Below are positions 56,153 through 64,000 of a stretch of 64,000 nucleotides of DNA, piece after piece. The notes under the pieces were generated by a model. The model made no database searches, was not told where the DNA came from, and was given only the letters and a program-made list of their open reading frames with translations. The position numbers and the translations under genes are program-made. Each line of letters starts with the position of its first letter. The stretch's first letter is position 1. This stretch comes from Eledone cirrhosa (lineage: Eukaryota): contig OZ024743.1 of the NCBI GenBank assembly GCA_964016885.1, positions 17,856,001-17,920,000 on the forward strand. Reading direction: 5' to 3'.

Positions 56153-57039
56153 GTCTCTCGCACACACACACACACAAACACGTGTGTACTTGTGTTTGCG
56201 TGTATGGGTGTTACTGCTTATTGCGACATATGTATGAATATGTTACATTGATTTTAGTTGCTCTTCATATCTTTTTTTGTATTTCCTTTTCCGTGAGTGA
56301 ATAGTTACTATACTTAATGAATGAGCAAACAAATCCCATGAAACAAGTTAAATATTGACGATAGTAAAATTAATATGTATACAGCGTTAAAAACAGTTAG
56401 TAGGATGAACCTTTTAACACATTTACAGATTACAAAGAATAAAAGTACCACCAGTATAAAAATGAACATTAGATTGCTGCACAAATTGGTAATGCCTCTT
56501 ACACAAAATAGTCTGTAACCAACTAATGTCATGCAAAACCACCTCTAAAATTTTGACCGCTTTAGCAATGGCATGTACACATTCAACCACGTCAAAATGC
56601 ACATGGATACAGACACACATATAAACACAGACTCACACGTACAAACACAAACACATATATATGTGTGTGTATATATTAATATAATCATATGTATTTTTAG
56701 GTATATATATTGATGCAGAAAAACAATTGATTGCTGATGCAATGATAGAAATTGGCCACAAACATGAATTTATTTTACGGCGCTGCTTTCCATATTGATA
56801 TATTGATGAAATTATATACAGTTCTGGCACAATGCCTGTTAAAACTGCTTAATTATTCCGAAGAAAAATTATGGAATGTTTACTAAATCTCAGAAGCACA
56901 CCTTTGAGGTTATCTTTATTTTGAATCTCGTCTTCTGGTATTTACACAATTTAAATGATTTACACACAACCATGAGGAATCCTTTGAAGAAATGACATTG
57001 AAATTCACTTGAGAGATTAATTTAGTTTTCACTGTGCCA

Positions 57040-60000
57040 TCATATTTTTGGCAAGCTGGTTGCACGGATCACGATGACTCTACTTCTCCCTTCCGACTTT
57101 GTCGTCCCTTGGTCATTAAATATACCCCGATCTCTTTCAGCATGCTCACAAAGCTGTTTTATAAGTCTGTCCTCATTTGGATATACGATCCTTTGTGTCC
57201 ACATCAACACATCGGTGACAATTTAATTTATTGTTCTCGATTTGTGTCCAGCGAATCTGTTCATCTCTCTTATAAGTTATGGCAGATTAAAGGTACATGT
57301 GCTTATAAATGCAGTGTTACAGGGTGCTGCTTCCATGACATGTTTAAAGCAACTTTGCACCTTTTGTTTGCTATGTTCTATCTCATTGCTTGATGAGTGC
57401 CCACTTACTGTTCGCAAACAGAACGACTGACTGTATTATCGCCTGGAAGCATTCAGATATTACTTGTTTGTGGAGTGTCGATTTCCAAATGTTTGTCAGT
57501 GTATCCAAGGTAACATACGTTTTGACTATGCGTGTATTTATGCTACTTTCAATCAGACCTTGATTCGAGATGTCTTCCAAGATAAGCAAACTGTTAGAAC
57601 ATGCAGGACTTCACACGTGTTTTTCAAAGTGAGTGCATAATTATTGCAGTGGTAGTCTCATCTGCGTTTTGGAAACGATGGCATATGAAATAGATTATAG
57701 ATTCACCGTTCGCTGTTGGAATCGCATGTTTAGGCTTATAATTCTATTTTCGTCATTGGTTTCATACAGGTATTGAATGTTCCTATTTGTAGTATCACGG
57801 AATCAGTATAAGCATTCATCTTTCCTTCAATATTGTTATTAAGCATTTGGCGTACCAGATTTTATAGCTTATGATAGGAACTAACATCTGATTCATCGGA
57901 TATAGAAGGACATAAGTATGATACGCAAACTGTCATTAAGTGTCACTATCATCGTACTGGGTTGTATTTTCTTCATACCATTTCATGAAATAAAGATGCG
58001 GGCTGAGAAGCATTACTACATCTATGGGAGAGATATAGGAGCTTTTGGTCGATGTAGAGGTCTATCCTTTCCAGCGTCTATATATCTGAGTTTAAGTTCC
58101 CCATTATGGAAACAGTGTTTCTCTATACATATTATGTCAACATTCTACTTAAGAGTCGATGTAGTAAGCTCCAGTAGTTGGCTGATTGGATTCAAAATGC
58201 TGATGTGTATTCTTTGCATTTAAAAAGGCTTGATTTTGACTTTGTCTCTACGGCGGGTATTTTGAAAAATTATGGCCGAAGTCGTTCATCAGTTGAATGT
58301 GGTATATTATGCAAAGTATAATTCCATTTATTGTTTCGTATAATGTCTCAATTTATTACCCTCAAATTCTACAATAGATATACCTGATCAAATTGATAAC
58401 ACAGAATTAGATAAGGCAAACATAGTGTACTGTGCCTCTCTAACAGTCATATCTCTCCTTCCGCAGGAATGTCAGTGGATATGTTATATACGAATGTAAT
58501 CAATATAAACGCATGAAATATACGAAGCTCAATATATTGTAAATCCCCTTTTTCTTTCCCGTTTTGCTTTGTTTTTCTTTCAATATATTGGATACATCCA
58601 ATTTAACTCACAACCACTTATTCCATATTCTCTGTATACAGTTCTAATGAATAACAATTTCATTTCGTTCATATCTTAACATTCGATATACCATTATAGA
58701 TATATTATATATTTCAGGTAATTATTAAACTTGTTCTCCCATAAGCTCTCTCCATCGTACAATACAACCCATTTTCTCTTGCCACGCGTGATGAGGATTG
58801 CATTCATTTCTATATAAAATCCGTCCCTCTATTACTGCGTTAATGTGTATGCAATTGTGCATATGGGAACTTGCAAGATTATTAGCATACATGGGATGAT
58901 ACATTAGGGAGCCTGCATCAGAGTATTTTAATTCAAATTGTTGCATGATAATTTTCTTTCATAGAAAGCAAATAAAACGAATGGTAGATTTGGCACCAGT
59001 CACAATAAATCTATGCACCTGAATGTATTACCCATATCATAGAAATTACGTATCGTAATATATACACGTGACACATACAATTCACTCAGAAATACGAAAC
59101 CAATAACTACAGCGATGCTGATTATTATCATGGCACTGTTCTGTTAATATTTTCCAAGAAAATCAAATAAACTAGTTGCAATTGCAAATGGCGTCGTAAT
59201 AGTTTACTGTTAGCCATATATCTCAGGACGCATGCAACAGTGGTCACACCGAAATCCACAACATTATAGTGTTATAGTGTTCTCATTGTCATAGGTGGTT
59301 AATACCTTCTTCTTTGACATGCCTACAGCACATTTATGTGATGATTCTCATTCAAAATGCTTCGTCTGTATGTACAATATAATCACAAGGAAAAAAGATG
59401 TACGATTGAAAATGTTATTCTAAGAAATAATGTTACTCAACTTTCATACTATTTAATTCATTAAACATATATAATAGAAAACAACATTTCCTAATAACTA
59501 ATCCAGATTATAATGTTGACGTCTATTTAAGTCTATGATTATAGTATGTACTATTTGTAGCTTAGAAATATAAGATTGTTCACCTTGTGTTTGGTGCCAA
59601 CCATAGAGGCTTGTTAAGTATAACATATCTGACTGGATTGCTATTCTAGCCGAATAACCCTAAACCCATCAGATGCTCTCAGAATTAGTTCAAAAGACGA
59701 ATTTCAAATACATACTGAAAAGGCATTCTTTTCGATAACAAACCAGATACAGTGTTTTAGTTCAGATATCAGTCTGTGGAAATGGGATTGAAATGGACTC
59801 GGTAATGAACTACAAGCAATGCTGGTCAACTATTTAACTGCTAGTGGGTAATACATATTATTCAAGCTAGACTAATTTCGCAAAACTTTTTACGTTACAT
59901 CGCATGGTGAGACAATAGTTGAGCGTAGTACATTCGATGATCGGAATGTCTATATTATCGTTAAGTAGTCTATCTAAATATACACCGTGGATTTGCAAGT

Positions 60001-60600
60001 TACAATCACGAAATGCATTAGCGTTTGGTGAAACCATATCAATTCATCCGCATTGGTTTGTGTCATTCTTCACAAACTTCACCAATTCCGATGCGAGGTA
60101 TTTGAATCTTCGCGCTCTCATGATTCCAGTACACATTTCTAAAAATTTGATACCACATTCACTTCACCCATTCCTAAGTTTGAGATGCTTACTGTGGAGT
60201 TTTGCAGTTATTGATATATTCTAACAACAACACTTAGTGGCCTGTTGGCATCAGCTGCCACCGACTACAGTATGCTATTTCTGTAGGCATCAATAAAATG
60301 TTCTTGTGACCCACACATATTTGCTTTGAATAGAATGCTTCTGATAATTTGAGTATGTTGTGCAATAGGTTCATCACATCGCTTCACAATCGAGGACATA
60401 TCATGAAAACATTCTAAGGACTATATGTTCAACATTAGCTACGTCAAATAGGAAGGACCTTTTTTCTTCTGAAATATTATTGAAGATAGATGAACACATT
60501 TACTCTGATACTTCATTGTATGAAGTCATATCCCTTTTAATATTTGCTCCTATCAATTTCCAGCTTCACTAATTCTCTCTAATCTTATATCTTAACATAT
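57040..60600 (-). pseudogene. Scattered, very decayed LINE (RTE-like) remnants
   Basis: Only faint motifs, for example RFKYLASE near 60090-60110; boundaries are not resolvable. Confidence 0.25.
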
Positions 60601-63354
60601 TCTACGAGAAAATTTATGCTCACAGTTTCCATATATCTTACCGTCTTGATTGTAGTGCTTACTGCGTCTCTATAGATCGCTGAGTCTCTTCATGCTCACT
60701 ATGAGAAGTTGCCTAAGGAAGACGGCAAGTTGCTAATACGTAACCTACACTTCTTGTAATTATCCTATCTATGACTGTTAAAGCCACATGTCGTTTGTTG
60801 TACTGTACGACGGCTGGTAGTTTTATATACTTGACATCAATGTGAGATTTGTCTTCAGCACGATCGATTTAGTGAAGGTTTATGATGAACAAGAAGCTAA
60901 CAATCAGTTGCACAATTACTTCAGACATACTGAAAACACAGATTTGAAAGCTTGTACTAATTATTCTATCGATGAATTATATTCTGAATTTGACCTTCGG
61001 TCAAGGGTACATATTTATAAAGATGTAAGCATTGATCACGCAATACTATTAAGTTGCATGTCAATGTTTGAGTGACAGACATAGTAGAGTTCGGACTAAC
61101 TTGGAATCCCGTAGGTAACAATATGCGCTTCAATAGTGCAAAAATTATTTTATAAATATTCACACGCTAATAAAAATGACCTGTGCAATCTGTATCACTA
61201 ATCTATCAACATTGCCTTGTAAATATTCTCACGAATAATGTACAACGCGCACCCAAACAACTCCCTATACATTCCTCGCCTCCCATTACTAAAACGTTTA
61301 TTATCCATCACGCTGGTCAAACACCCATGACATACTAGTCACCATTGATATAATATTCATCATCTAGTGGCACTTACACATTACCTCGTAGATGCATCAT
61401 AAATCACCCCATTATAAAGTAATGTACCAGAAAAAATACTGACATTTTTGTGATCGATTTACGCACTGCAACGTCTGTCCGTGTTACAATAATACAGACC
61501 CATATTTTACATATACTTGCGTAGGCGTGCTGTTAGGCTTAGGGGTGAGGATTTAATAAAACATTTGGGGTTTATATACATATTTTCGGAGGAGACCTAT
61601 CCATAATATTGATAAGGATTTCTTTACTACATTATACACGAGGAAATTGAAAACATAAGAATTGCGGTGAAGAAATGCAAGAAGAAATGTATGAAAGTAG
61701 TTTTGTAAGAAAATGTTAGAAGACGTTTGTTGAGTATATTTAATCAGAAATTATAAATATTAAATATATTTGTGATGTGAGAGCACATACACAAATGGTT
61801 TTATATAGAGGAAAGTTCCCTCGAAACAAACATTGTATAAAATAGATATAAGTGCAAAGGCAGCTAGCATTTTAACGTAGTATTCGAAATGAAATTTCAA
61901 AAGTAATACTTCTTTAATATTTGTATAATATTAATTTAATTAACTTTTCCTGAGTTCATAGAAATTTATTTGTTAAAATGTCCTTCCTGCGTAAATATTA
62001 ATTAAGTCTCTGATACAAAGGTGATGATTCGACCGAAGAAATTGATATTATCAAATAATAGACGCTCTTATCAACAATCAGATGAAGTATCAATGGATTA
62101 TCATCAATTTCTCAACTTGTTAATGTATCAACGCTATATATCAAATCATTTCTTTCGTAACATTGATGCCAAGCAGAGTTTGAATTAGGAAAATGTCGCA
62201 ATTGTATAAGTGAAAGGGATACCTAATTGTGTATGGATGTATGTTAATGTCTAGAATGCAGCGAGAGTGTGTATTTGAAACATGTAAACAGATAAAAAAT
62301 TTAAATTAAACAGAATTGAAATTAGTTTGAAAATTCAATGCGGGGTAATTAAATAGATTACTTTCTATTGAACGATTGATTTCAGCAAGCAATAATGTAA
62401 GTAAATAATTGATAGGGTTACATGAGAAATGATAGAGGTTAAGTGGATTATTGATCGTTATGTCAATAACAACCAATAGTTTAATCGAACCTTAAGAAAT
62501 CAACATAGTGACAAAGATTGTGTTCATATATTTACTTTATAGAAGGTTGAATATTTCACTGAGAATATTTTATACTGTTGAGAATGATGGAGTATATGAT
62601 TTCTGAAATAGATGTTGTCCACGTTGACAAAGCCCAGTGGATATATCGATACATATAAAAAAAGAATCAAGTATAATTATAAATAGTTGAATTCAAATGA
62701 ATATATTTACCCAGGTGTTGTCAACGAAAATCATTATATTGCATCATAAAGAAACCATAATGGTAAAATGCATAATTAAGTTGATATTAACAGAACCGAT
62801 ATTCATATATTAGAGTGACAATTGTTTCCCTTAGGCTGACTTATCATAAGAAAACGCATGTAAATAGATCTCTAAATATCGGAGGCGAAATATATGTAAC
62901 TATAGAAAGCTCGTTGTTATAAAAGAGTAGATCAGTTTTATGTTATATGTCATAGGAGCGTCCTGGCGGTCTGGTACTACGGTCAATTAGATGTGCATAG
63001 CTGTGGCATTTTGGTCTAGGATGAGTGGAAAACAAGGTCGATAGAACGACCGGCAATTGTACAAACATTAGATCTAATTCATAGTCAACAGCACGCAGAG
63101 GGTAATTACGAGTAAGGGACGGTCAATTAAGTAAGGTGGGGTTGGGAAAAGCTATCATTGAGAACTGATGGGTTTGTGGAGGCTGAACTTTGTAGGTGGG
63201 GTTTTGTAATAGATAGAAATGATTTGAAGTTTTGTTAAAGATTATTGATGGATAGTAGAGAAATGAATGGAGGGATCTGATGTGCGCGAGGAAAATATTG
63301 AATTGTGTGGCGGCATTCGGTGGTAGTGTAAATTTATTTCTAAATGTATTTAAT

Positions 63355-63788
<434 letters not shown>

Positions 63789-64000
63789 GGTAAACACATT
63801 ATATCAAAATATGACACTAAATACAAACTTTCTTACTGCCACATAATAGTTTCTGCTCATCTGCAGTTCAAGCAGTATAAAGCCTGTAACTTATGAACTG
63901 GATAATGATACAATGACTGAAGTTACTCCAAACATAAAACCTCGTTATTCTACAAGACAGCATCCCCTTAGTCCACAGAACATGGTAAAGATAATGCCAA

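Overview
This is AT-rich, microsatellite-dense eukaryotic DNA, probably a mollusc or cephalopod (inferred from repeat style only). I found no credible host protein-coding gene. The window is mostly decayed retroelements. These include R4/Dong-type RT-RLE LINEs stacked head-to-tail in (TTA)n, two L1/Tx1-type LINEs, RTE fragments, and a tRNA-derived SINE that re-inserts into its own target-site duplication. It also has Helitron-like ends and several Penelope-like (RT + GIY-YIG) elements. The main observation is a set of at least eight sequence-distinct short elements at (TA)n runs, each carrying a type I hammerhead-ribozyme fold with a palindromic stem III. Four of these families share one architecture: (TA)n, then an inverted arm stopping at a fixed TA breakpoint, then a direct arm, then a ~65-90 nt tail with ACTC...GAGTRCTC 21-27 nt past the breakpoint, then (TA)n. 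One copy is an apparently perfect 298-bp palindrome. All alignments and folds were done by eye, so coordinates are approximate to within a few nt.
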